A stretch of DNA of 64,000 bases from Heterodontus francisci (Eukaryota), in NCBI RefSeq assembly GCF_036365525.1, contig NC_090399.1, forward strand, positions 49,508,430 through 49,572,429. The letters are read 5' to 3'. A model generated the notes under the pieces. That model did no database searches. It had not been told where the DNA came from and was given only the letters and a program-made list of their open reading frames with translations. Numbering within the stretch: position 1 is the first letter of the stretch; every line of letters starts with the position of its first letter. Positions 40,601-53,229 of this stretch are shown in pieces. The position numbers were made by a program, and so were the translations under genes.

Positions 40601-41345
40601 AGAACAAAGAACAAAGAAAATTACAGCACAGGAACAGGCCCTTCGGCCCTCCAAGCCTGCGCCGATCCAGATCCTCTATCTAAACATGTCGCCTATTTTC
40701 TAAGGGTCTGTATCTCTTTGCTTCCTGCCCATTCATGTATCTGTCTAGATACATCTTAAAAGACGCTATCGTGCCCTCGTCTACCACCGCCGCTGGCAAC
40801 GCGTTCCAGGCACCCACCACCCTCTGCGTAAATAACTTTCCACGCATATCCCCCCTAAACTTTTCCCCTCTCACTTTGAACTCGTGACCCCTAGTAATTG
40901 AATCCCCCACTCTGGGAAAAGCTTCTTGCTCTCCACCCTGTCTATACCTCTTATGATTTTGTACACCTCAATCAGGTCCCCCCTCAACCTTCGTCTTTCT
41001 AATGAAAATAATCCTAATCTACTCAACCTCTCTTCATAGCTAGCGCCCTCCATACCAGGCAACATCCTGGTGAACCTCCTCTGCACCCTCTCCAAAGCAT
41101 CTACATCCTTTTGGTAATGTGGCGACCAGAACTGCACGCAGTATTCCAAATGTGGCCGAACCAAAGACTTATACAACTGTAACATGACCTGCCAACTCTT
41201 GTACTCAATACCCCGTCCGATGAAGGAAAGCATGCCGTATGCCTTCTTGACCACTCTATTGACCTGCGTTGCTACCTTCAGGGAACAATGGACATGAACA
41301 CCCAAATCTCTCTGTACATCAATTTTCCCCAGGACTTTTCCATTA
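40601..41345 (-). mobile_element. Young CR1 3' fragment in GPCR2 intron
   Basis: Nearly identical to 47957-48690; ORFs 40871-41305 and 40680-40910. Confidence 0.92.
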
Positions 41346-42006
41346 ACTGTGCTGCTGCTTTCTGCCTGTGCAATAACGACATCATCTCAATCTGTCTATT
41401 CATTGATTTTAATGGTTTCAGAAAGACGGAAAACATGTTATCAATTCCCAATTCCCGCATATTCTTCTAAATAAATTATATTATTAGGCCATAATACTTA
41501 ACTTTTGTTGGACATTTATCAGCGTCAAACACAAAGGACAGGATTGAATATTAAGAGATGATTAATACTGTTACATTATTATAAGTTGCAATGGAAAATA
41601 ACGAAGGTTAGTTGCAGAAAATACACAAAAGCATTTGTAGATCCGTTTTATGTTATCATTGAAGTAATGCGTAAACAAGGCACTGAATCTGTAAGGGCCC
41701 TGCTGTAAAATCTGCGTGATCCCTGATTTGAGTCTAAAGTGTCTGAACAACTAAATGGCAAATGACTATTAAGCTCCAAATGTTACCCAATTTCACAAGT
41801 TGTTGTTTTCCTTTGAGGTAACAGCCAATAAATGATGTGGCGTGGATTGCTAAATAGTTATGCCTCCTCAGGATTTCCACATTTACGCGGACAGAGTGAA
41901 TGATTTGAGTGAAAGAAAAATCAGCACTAATTATTACAGTTTATTTTGTTCGAATTATTCGTCAAGTCTATGCTCCTGATTTATTTCATTACTCCCCCAC
42001 TTGCAG

Positions 42007-42893
42007 CCAACCTGGTGACCATTGTGATTCTCTCCCGAGGAAAGTGTGGCCTCTCCAAATGCATCACTATTTACCTGGTGGCCATGGCAGCGGCGGATCT
42101 CCTGGTCCTGATAGTTGATGTGCTCCTGTATGAGATGAATGAAATTTATTTCCCAGAATCATTCCTGGACTACACTCCCGTCTGTAGTCTGAATTTCTTC
42201 CTAATTTTTGCTTCTATTGAATGTTCTGTCTGGTTAACTGTCGCTTTCACTTTTGATCGATTTATCGCCATTTGTTGCCAAAAAATAAGAACACATTATT
42301 GCACCGAAAGAACTGCGGCCGTGGTTGTGGCAACGATGTGGGGATTGAGTATTTTGGAAAACATTCCAATCTCCTTTACATTTGAACCTCGCATAATAAT
42401 TGACGATGTATTGTGGTTCTGCAATGTAAAATCAAGCCTCTATACTGTACCGATATGGGTTGCATTCTTGTGGGTTGATATAGCTTTAATGCCTTTTATT
42501 CCATTTCTCTTGATTCTGATATTCAATGGTCTGACCATCAGACATATTCTATTGACAAACAGGATCAGGAGGGGTCTCCGGAGCAGCAGCAGCGACCCAG
42601 AAATGGAAAACCGAAGGAAGTCCATCGTTTTACTGCTGGCCATATCTGGCAGTTTTATTCTGTTATGGATGGTGACTTTCACTCATTATATATGTGTACA
42701 AATTTTGGATATTCAATATTTGCATACAGACTACAGTCATCCTTTCACCATCATGGAACAAACTGGATATATGCTGCAGCATTTGAGCTCCTGCACAAAC
42801 ACCATCATTTATGCAGTGTCTCAGACTAAATTCAGACTGCAGTTAAAGAATCTGTTTAAATATCCGTTGGTGTTAATTAAGTTCGGGAAATAA
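42007..42893 (+). CDS. GPR139-like GPCR gene 2, exon 2; spliced protein 318 aa
   Basis: Acceptor cccccacttgcag|CC gives ANLVTIVIL; AAADLLV, PVCSL, TFDRF, DPEMENRRKS, SSCTNTIIY; intact to TAA. Confidence 0.93.
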
Positions 42894-44394
42894 CTTAAAG
42901 GTCTGAGTCTAACCAGAATTGGCGACCGGGAATTGAGACTCGCTTCCATCTAAATTAGGCAAAATGCGCAGGAGCCGATCAGATGTGTTGTGCATCCCAC
43001 ACGATTTTCTTTTCCATTGAATTTGAAGGAGAGGAAAATAGGACGGGATGTGCAATGAGTGGGTGAGCTGCTCCCGCCTGTTCTGCACCGCAGCTGCAGG
43101 TAGATTTGTCTAGCCGGATGATACATCCAACTGCAGAGGCGACCGAAGTGAAAATCAGGCGGTATTGTTAAACGTCAGTCGAAGCCTTGCAGTGAGTTTT
43201 ATGCCCCACCCTGATGTTTAACCTTCCCTCTAAAGTATTCACTAAATCCATTGTAGTTGTGCGACAGCTTAACTTTCAATTTCACTATCTGGGTATGATG
43301 TTCAACTTGCCTCTGCGGCTTTGCAAATTGGCCACCGGTTAGAGAAAGTGTCTTATTCTCACTCCCATTACAATCATGGCCTAGCAGCAGAGGTGCTACA
43401 TGAGCCTCGTTCCCTTCAGTTAGAGAAGGAAAAGAAGCCTTGGGTTTGCTTGGGCCCACTGTACTGGGGACGCTGCTGATGAAATGTGTGTGTGGAAAGG
43501 ATGAGCTCGGCTGTGTTCCAGTAGTTGACAAGAGTTTCCATGATCACTGTTGTAGCTCACAAGTAGAGACTTGAGGTCAATGTTGGAGAAATTAAGCTTA
43601 TGTTTATTAGGAGTGCATTAATATTTACAAAATATATTTAAAATGCCAGAAGCGTATTTATTCCGCACAGCTGTTATGTAATATAAAGCGATAGCAGTTG
43701 CAATTATGGATCAGATTTGGCAATGTTCCTTCAACACGAAACAAGTTACTAATATTTTAATAAAGTGATTGAAACCTCGTGCATGCGCTTATACAAACAA
43801 CTTTGCTTTCCTCAGAAAAAAAATCATTGACAACCATTTCTTTGTGTTCTTGGATCCAATTCAAGTCTGGCGTTCGTCCCTCTCAGGTACTGGTTAAACA
43901 GCATTGTAAGCTAGGGATGAAAAATAATTGTTAGGCAATCCAGAGGTGATACTGCAGAGCACAGTGTGGTGAACTTATTCATTCTCTTTTCATGATAGTT
44001 CCCTTTACTCTGCTAGCTACAACAGTGCAACTATCTTCTGTCAATGCTACTCCACAGTCAATTATATTGAAAATAGTTGGATAGCTTCATTTCCTATTTC
44101 CCCTCAGTGGCAATGGGTACCATCTGCAGCTCTCCTTCTTTGATGGTACGACTGAAATCAGGAACTCAGAGCTTCTACTTGAAAATGACTAAGTAGAATG
44201 ACTTGCCATTCACAAATACTTGACTGCAACCTGTCGCCTTCTATTAATTGGATGCTCGAATTCCAACAAGGACATCCAGCTGTTAGCAAACATTAGGGAG
44301 AAATTGATTCAAAGGCCAAAACTTAATGACAAAAAGGTTCGTCTTTACTGGTGCTGATTGCGCTGGTGAATGCGGGTTGGCTTTCGGGGAGTTA

Positions 44395-47300
44395 GAAACA
44401 TAGAAAAATACGAGCGGGAGCAGGCCATTCGGCCTTTCGAGCCTGCTCTGCCATTCAGTACGATCATGACTGATCATCCAAACTCAGTAACCTGTTCCCG
44501 CTTTTCCCCCGTATCCCTTGATCCCATTACCCTAAGAACGATATCAAACTCTTTCTTGAATATATTTAATGATTTGGCCTCAACTAATTTCTGTGGTAGA
44601 GAATTCCACAGGTTCACCACTCTCTGAGTGAAGAAATCTCTCCTCATCTCAGTCCTAAATGGCTTACCCCTTATCCTTAGACTATCACCCCTGGTCCTGG
44701 ACTTCCCTGCCAACGGGAACATCCTTCCTGCATTTAGTCTGTCCAGTCCTGTTAGAATTTTGTAAGTTTCTATGAGATCCCCTCTCATTCTTCTAAACTC
44801 TAGTGAATACAAGCCTAATCGACCAAATCTCTCTTCATACATCAATCCTGCCATCCCAGGAATCAGTCTGGTGAACCTTCGCTGCACTCCCTCCATAGCA
44901 AGAACATCCTTCCTCAGATAAGGAGACCAAAACTGCACACAATACTCCTGATGTGGTCTCACTAAGGCCTGGTATATTTGCAGCAAGACATCTTTGCTCC
45001 TGTACTTGAATCCTCTCGCTATGAAGGCCAACATACCATTTGCCTTCTTAACTGCCTGCTGCACCTGCATGCTTACTTTCAGTGACTGGTGCACAAGGAC
45101 ACCCAGGTCTTGCTGCACCTCCCCCTTTCCCAATCAATTGCCTTTCAGATAATAATCTGCCTTTCTGTTTTTGCCACCAAAGTGGATAACCTCACATTTA
45201 TCCACATTATACTGCATCTGCCATGCATTTGCCCACTCATGCAACCTGTCCAAATCACACTGCAGCTTCTCTGCATCCTCCTCACAGCTCACACTCCCAC
45301 CCAGCTTTGTGTCGTCTGCAAACTTGGATATATTACATTTAATTCCCTCATCTATATCATTAATATATATTGTGAAAAGCTGGCGTCCTAGCACTGATCC
45401 CATATGGTACCCCACTAGTCACTGCCTGCCACTCAGAAAAAGACCCGTTTATTCCTACTCTTTGTTTCCTGTCTGCCAACCAGTTCTCTGTCCATGACAG
45501 TACCTTACCCCCAATCCCATGTGCTTTAAATTTGCACACTAATCTCTTATGTTGGACCTTATCGAAAGCCTTCTGAAAGTCCAAATACACCACATCCACT
45601 GGTTCTCCCTTATCTATTCTACTAGTTACATCCTCAAAAAATTCCAGTAGATTTGTCAGGCATGATTTCCTTTCATAAACCCATGTTGACTTTGTCCGAT
45701 CCTGTCATTGTTTTCCAAGTGCTCTGCTATTACATCTTTTATAATGGACTCTAGCATTTTCCCCACGACTGATGTCAGGCTAACTGGTCCATAATTCCCT
45801 GTTTTCTCTCTACCTCCTTTTTTAAATAGTGGGGTTACATTGGAGTCTGTAGAATTTTGAAAAATGACCTGAAGCACATCTACTATTTCTAGGGCCACTT
45901 CCCTAAATACTCTGGGATGTAGATTATCAGGCCCTGGGGAATTATCGGCCTTCAATCCCATCAATTTCCCTAACACCATTTTCCTAATAATACTGATTTC
46001 ATACAGTTCCTCCTTCTCACTAGACCCTATGTTCCCCAACATTTCTGGGAGGTAATTTGTGTCCTCCTTTGTGAAGACAGAACCAAAGTATGTATTGAAT
46101 TGGTCTGCCATTTCTTTGTTCCGAATTATAAATTCCCCCATTTCTTACTGTAAGGGGCCCACATTGTCTTCAATAATCTTTTTCTCTTCACATATCTATA
46201 GAAGCTTTTACAGTCAGTTTTTATGTTCTCTGCAAGATTACTCAAATACTCAATTTGCCCCTTCTTAATCAATCCCTTTGTCCTCCTTTGCTGAATTCTA
46301 AACTGCTCCCAATCCTCAGGTTTGCTGCTTGTTATGACCATTTCATAATTCTCCTCCTTGGATCTAATACTATCCCTAATTTCTTTTGTAAGCCATGGTT
46401 CAGCTTCCTGTTTCATTTTTGCACCAGACAGGAATGAACAATTGTTGTAATTCATCCATGTGCTCTTTAAATGCTAGTCATTGCCTATCCACTATCAACC
46501 CTTTAAGTAACGTTCCCCAATCTATCATAGCCAACGCACACCTCATACCTTCATAGTTTTCTTTATTTAGATTCAGGATCCTCGTCTTGGAATCAACTCT
46601 CTCACTTTCCATCTTAATGAAGAATTCGATCATGTTATGGTCGTTCTTCCCCAAGGGTCCCCGCAGAACAAGATTGTTAACTAATCCTTTCTCATTACAC
46701 AATAACCAGGCTAGGATAGCCTGTTCTCTGGTTGGTTCCTCAATATATTGGTCCAAAAAATCAACACGTACACACTCCATGAATTCCTCCCCTACAATAT
46801 TATTGCTAATTTGGTTTGCCCAATCTATATGTAGATTAAAGTCAACCATAATTACAGTTGCACCCTTATTGCATGCATATCCTGTTTAATGCCATCCTCT
46901 ACATCACCACTGCTGTTTGGGGGTCTATGTACAACCCCCACCAATGTCTTCTGCCCCTTGGTTTTTCTTAGCTCCACCCATACAGATTTCACATCAGGAT
47001 TCTCTGAGCTAATATCCTTCCTCACTATTGCATTGATTTCCTCTTATACGAACAATGGTACTCCACCTCCTTTCCCTTTTTCCCTGTCCTTCCTTAATTT
47101 TATTACCCTTGGATGTTCAGTTCCCATCCTTGGTCACCCTGCAGCCATGTCTCCGTAATCATAACTATATTGTCTCCATCCATTACATCTATTTGAGCGG
47201 TCAGTTCGCCTGCCTTATTACGAATTCTCCGCACATTGAGGCACAATGCCTTTAGGCTTGTCTTTTTAACATTGTTAGTCATCTTAGCATTAGTTCGCAC

Positions 47301-50300
47301 TATGGCCCTATTTGTTTCTCACCCTTGATTTCTATGCCTTCCACTTTTGTCTTTTTGTTTCCTGTCTTTCGTTTCTATCCTTGTTTCCTCCTCCTCAGTC
47401 ACCCCACTCAGGTTCCCATCCCCCTGCCATTCTAGTTTAAATCCTCTCCAACAGCATTAGCAAACGCCCCTGCGAGGACATCGGTTCCAGTCCTGCCTGG
47501 GTGTAACCCATCCCACTTGTTCAGGTCTCACCTTCCCCAGAACAGGTCCCAATGTCCCAGGAATCTTAATCCCTCCCTCGTGCACCATTTCTCCAGCCAC
47601 ACATTCATCTGGTGAATTCTCCTGTTCCTATACTCACTAACAGGTGGCACAGGAAGTAATCCTGAGATTACTACCTTTGAAGTCCTGCTTTTTAATTTAG
47701 CTCCTAATGCCTTAAATTCATCTTGCAGGACCTCATCCCTTTTTCTGCCTATGTCATTGCTACCAACATGGACCACGACCAACGGTTGTTCACATTCCCC
47801 CTTCAGAATGTCCTGCAGCTGCTCCAAGACATCCTTGACTCTAGCACCAAGGAGGCAACATACCATCCCGGAGTCTCAGTTGCAGCCACAGAAACGCCTG
47901 TCTGTTCCCCTTACAATTGAATCTCCTATCACGATGGCTCTCCCAGTCTTTTTCAAAGATACAAAGAACAAAGATAATTACAGCACAGGAACAGGCCCTT
48001 CGGCCCTCCAAGCCTGCGCCAATCCAGATCCTCTCTCTAAACATGTCGCCTATTTTCTAAGGTTCTGTATCTCTTTTCTTCCTGCCCATTCATGTATCTG
48101 TCTAGATACATCTTAAAAAACGCCATCGTGCCCGCATCTACCACCTCCGCTGGCAACGCGTTCCAGGCACCACCCTCTGCGTAAAGAACTTTCCACGCAT
48201 ATCCCCCCTAAACTTTTCCCCTTTCACTTTGAACTCGTGTCCTCTAGTAATTGAATCCCCCACTCTGGGAAAAAGCCTCTTGCTATCCACCCTGTCTATA
48301 CCTCTCATGATTTTGTACACCTCAATCAGGTCCCCCCTCAACCTCCATCTTTCTAATGAAAATAATCCTAATCTACTCAACCTCTCTTCATAGCTAGCGC
48401 CCTCCATACCAGGCAACATCCTGGTGAACCTCCTCTGCACCCTCTCCAAAGCATCCACATCCTTTTGGTAATGTGGCGACCAGAACTGTACGCAGTATTC
48501 CAAATGTGGCCGAACCAAAGTCCTATACAACTGTAACATGACCTGCCAACTCTTGTACTCAATACCCCGTCCGATGAAGGAAAGCATGCCGTATGCCTTC
48601 TTGACCACTCTATTTACCTGCGTTGCCACCTTCAGGGAACAGTGGACCTGAACACCCAAATCTCTCTGGACATCAATTTTCCCCAGGACTTTTACATTTA
48701 CTGTATAGTTCACTCTTGAATTGGATCTTCCAAAATGCATCACCTCGCATTTGCCCTGATTGAACTCCATCTGCCATTTCTCTGCCCAACTCTCCAATCT
48801 ATCTATATTCTGCTGTATTCTCTGACAGTCCCCTTCACTATCTGCTACTCCACCAATCTTAGTGTCGTCTGCAAACTTGCTAATCAGTCCACCTATACTT
48901 TCCTCCAAATCATTAATGTATATCACAAACAACAGTGGTCCCAGCACGGATCCCTGTGGAACACCACTGGTCACACGTCTCCATTTTGAGAAACTCCCTT
49001 CTACTGCTACTCTCTGTCTCCTGTTGCCCAGCCAGTTCTTTATCCATCTAGCTAGTACACCTTGGACCCCATGCGCCTTCACTTTCTCCATCAGCCTGCC
49101 ATGGGGAACCTTATCAAACGCCTTACTGAAGTCCATGTATATGACATCGACAGCCCTTCCCTCATCAATCAACTTTGTCACTTCCTCAAAGAATTCTATT
49201 AAGTTGGTAAGACATGACCTTCCCTGCACAAAACCATGTTGCCTATCACTGATAAGCCCATTTTCTTCCAAATGGGAATAGATCCTATCCCTCAGTATCT
49301 TCTCCAGCAGCTTCCCTACCACTGACGTCAGGCTCACCGGTCTATAATTACCTGGATTATCCCTGCTACCCTTCTTAAACAAGGGGACAACATTAGCAAT
49401 TCTCCAGTCCTCTGGGACCTCACCCGTGTTTAAGGATGCTGCAAAGATATCTGTTAAGGCCCCAGCTATTTCCTCTCTCGCTTCCCTCAGTAACCTGGGA
49501 TAGATCCCATCCGGACCTGGGGACTTGTCCACCTTAATGCCCTTTAGAATACCCAACACTTCCTCCCTCCTTATGCCGACTTGACCTAGTGTAATCAAAC
49601 ATCTGTTCCTAACCTCAACATCCGTCATGTCCCTCCCCTCGGTGAAAACCGATGCAAAGTACTCGTTTAGAATCTCACCCATTTTCTCTGAGTCCAAGCA
49701 TAACATTCCTCCTTTGTCCTTTAGTGGGCCAATCCTTTCTCTAGTTACCCTCTTTCTCCTTATATTTGAATAAAAGGCTTTGGGATTTTCTTTACCCTGT
49801 TTGCTAAAGATATTTCATGACCCCTTTTTGCCCTCTTAATTCCTCGTTTCAGATTGGTCCTACATTCCCGATATTCTTTCAAAGCTTCGTCTTTCATCAG
49901 CCGCCTAGACCTTATGTATGCTTCCTTTTTCCTCTTAGCTAGTCTCACAATTTCACCTGTCATCCATGGTTCCCTAATCTTGCCATTTCTACCCCTCATT
50001 TTCACAGGAACATGTCTCTCCTGCACGCTAATCAACCTCTCTTTAAAAGCCTCCCACATATCACATGTGGATTTACCTTCAAACAGCTGCTCCCAATCTA
50101 CATTCCCCAGCTCCTGCCGAATTTTGCTATAGTAGGCCTTCCCCCAATTTAGCACTCTTCCTTTAGGACCACTCTCGTCTTTGTCCATGAGTATTTTAAA
50201 GCTTACGGAATTGTGATCACTATTCCCAAAGTAGTCCCCTACTGAAACTTCAACCACCTGGCCGGGCTCATTCCCCAACACCAGGTCCAGTATGGCCCCT

Positions 50301-52620
50301 TCCCGAGTTGGACTATTTACATACTGCTCTAGAAAACCCTCCTGGATGCTCCTTACAAATTCTGCTCCATCTAGACCTCTAACACTAAGTGAATCCCAGT
50401 CAATGTTGGGAAAATTAAAATCTCCTATCACCACCACCCTGTTGCTCCTACATCTTTCCATAATCTGTTTACATATTTGTACCTCTATCTGACGCTCACT
50501 GTTGGGAGGCCTGTAGTACAGGCCCAACATTGTTACCGCACCCTTCCTATTTCTGAGGTCTGTCCATATTGCCTCACTGCTCGAGTCCTCCATAGTGCCC
50601 TCCTTCAGCACAGCTGCGATATCCTCTTTGACCATTAATGCAACTCCTCCACCCCTTTTACCTCCCTCTCTATCCCACCTGAAGCATCGATATCCTGGGA
50701 TATTTAGTTGCCAATCATGCCCTTCCCTCAACCAAGTCTCAGTAATAGCAATAACATCATACTCCCAGGTACTAATCCAAGCCCTAAGTTCATCTGCCTT
50801 ACCTACTACACTTCTTGCATTAAAACAAATGCACCTCAGACCACCAGTCCCTTTATATTCATCATCTGCTCCCTGCCTGCTCTTCCCCTTAGTCACACTG
50901 ACTTCATTATCTAGTTCCTTACAGGCTTTTGTTACTACCTCCTTACTGTCAACTGACCTCCTCAATTGGTTCCCATCCCCCTGCCACATTAGTTTAAACC
51001 CTCCCCAACAGCGTTAGCAAAAGCACCCCCAAGGACATTGGTTCCAGTCCGGCCCAGGTGTAGACCGTCCAATTTGTAATAGTCCCACCTTCCCCAGAAC
51101 CGGTCCCAATGTCCCAAAAATCTGAACCCCTCCTTCCTGCACCATCTCTCAAGCCACGCATTCATCCTGACTATTCTTTCATTTTTACTCTGACTATCAC
51201 GTGGCACTGGTAGCAATCCTGAGATTACTACCTCTGAGGTCCTACTTTTTAACTTGGCTCCTAACTCCCTAAACTCTGCTTGTAGGACCTCATCCCATTT
51301 TTTACCTATATCATTGGTGCCTATGTGCACAATGACAACTGGCTGTTCACCCTCCCCCTTTAGAATGTTCTGCAGCCGATCTGAGACATCCCTGACCCGT
51401 GCACCTGGGAGGCAACATACCATTCAGGAGCCTCGTTTTCGACCACAGAACCGCCTATCTACTCCCCTCACAATCGAATCCCCTACGACTATAGCCCTTC
51501 CACTCTTTTTCCCGCCCTTCTGAACAGCAGAGCCAGCCACGGTGCCATGGACCTGGCTACTGCTGCCTTCCCCTGGTGAGCCATCTCCCTCAACAGTATC
51601 CAAAACGGTATACTTGTTTTGGAGGGAGATGACCGCAGGGGACTCCTGCGCTGCCTTCCTGCTCTTTCTCTGCCTTCTGGTTACCCATTCCCTTTCGCCC
51701 TCAGCAATCCTAATCTGCGGTGTGACCAATTCACTAAACCTTCACTTTTCCTCCCCTGCTGTGCAGCAGAGCCATCCGTGGTGCCACAAACTTGGTTGCT
51801 GTTGCTTTCCCCTGGGAGGCCATTCTCCACCTGACAGTATCCAAAGCAGTATATCTGTTTGAAAGGGGGATGGCCACAGGGGACTCCTGCACTACCTGTC
51901 TGCGCCTACTACTCCGCCTGGTGGTCACCCATCCCTTTTCTGCCTGTGCAGTCATTACCTGCGGTGTGACCACCTCGCTAAATGTGCTATCCATGATGTC
52001 CTCAGCATCACGGATGCTCCACAGTGAATCCACCCGCAACTCCAGCTCCGTAATGTGGGTAGCCAGTAGCTGCAGATGAATACACTTCCTGCACACATGG
52101 TCGTCAGGGACACTGGAAGCATCCCTGATTTCCCACATAGCGCAGGAGGAGCATATCACGGGGCTGAGCTCTCCTGTCATGATTTACCCTTAGGTTAATT
52201 AGTTACTCCCTTTAAAAAATACAAATTACACTGGGGGCCTTGTTCTACTCCAAACACTACCCACTACAATCTAAGTCCTTAATAAATTGCACTAATTTAA
52301 AAAAAAACACTTTAGTCGTACTAACCTTAACACTTATAAGGTAGGTTTAAAAAATAACTTTCTCCTGATTTTTTAAGCTATTTCCAGGCACTAACGGCTG
52401 TTACTCACCAACCAATCACCTTGCAGCTTTCCTGTGATGTTGCTGTTGACTTTATTTTCAAACTCCGGTGCACCTGGACTGCTCTCACAAAGGTCCACTC
52501 CCAGAAGATAAATGACTGGGCCTCGACCCTCAGGCTCAATTTATCCTCTTCTTTCACTTGGCATTCTCCCAACAGGTCCGCTCCTCTCTGCTTCGCTCCC
52601 GGAAGGTCAGTCATTACCTC
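44395..52620 (-). mobile_element. CR1 element A (near full length, degraded), split by nested element B; A = 44395-47955 + 51740-52620
   Basis: Ordered RT, APE and ORF1 fragments; ORF1 esterase breaks at 47955 and resumes at ~51740 (ORF 51734-52180 with CSSC..CRKC finger); 5' UTR motif at ~52403. Confidence 0.85.
47957..51738 (-). mobile_element. Young CR1 element B, 5'-truncated, few lesions
   Basis: ORF1 51729-50989 (GDSI..SGNH esterase, one stop at ~51424); ORF2 50989-49760 (APE) and 49706-48138 (RT, KFADD), frameshifts at ~49790 and ~48170. Confidence 0.95.
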
Positions 52621-53229
52621 CAGGATTCTTTTCCTAGACTCGGAATCTAAACACTGACTGCTTCTTGATTGCCATCCAGTGACTCCGACAGGAAGGTGCG
52701 GCTCTGTGAGACATGGTTGAGGTTAACTCCTCCGAGTCTCAGGGAACATTAAGGGCTGAATTTTGCGGCCCCCGTAGGTGGGATCGGAGGTGGGTGCGGC
52801 ACTACGTATCGCAACAAGGGAAGGGGGCGAAGGGCCTATCGGCCAGCGATCTTCCCGGGGGTGGACTAGGCTGATGACGGCCTTCCCACACAGAGACCAA
52901 TTGAGGCCCTTAATTAGACTATTAAGGACCAATTAAGGGCCTCTTCTCACCGCCACTGAGGTCTTACCGGGAACGGTGGGGTGGGGGGGGGAGGGGAAAT
53001 GGGGGGGCGGCCTTGACCACGCGGGGAGGGTGCCTTGTAAAACGAGGAAATAAGTGAAATGACATGACAGACAACATGATGGGAATGGACTATGACTGGA
53101 AAGAATAAGAATTGAAAATGTATTCAGATTAATGCGCATGTAGAATTCTATAGAGTTTTTTCTGCCCGTTTCTTTTCCGCTGGCAACTTGGTCATTCCCA
53201 GCCACCGGCAACCCTTGGCCATCTGGTCT

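Noticed and set aside
41946-42006. 5' extension of the GPCR2 ORF (and the TTG start at 22506 for GPCR1)
   Set aside because: Intronic or internal; the true N-termini come from the spliced first exons
52750-53050. GC-rich Harbinger-like MITE fragment
   Set aside because: Only one plausible terminus; cannot be confirmed
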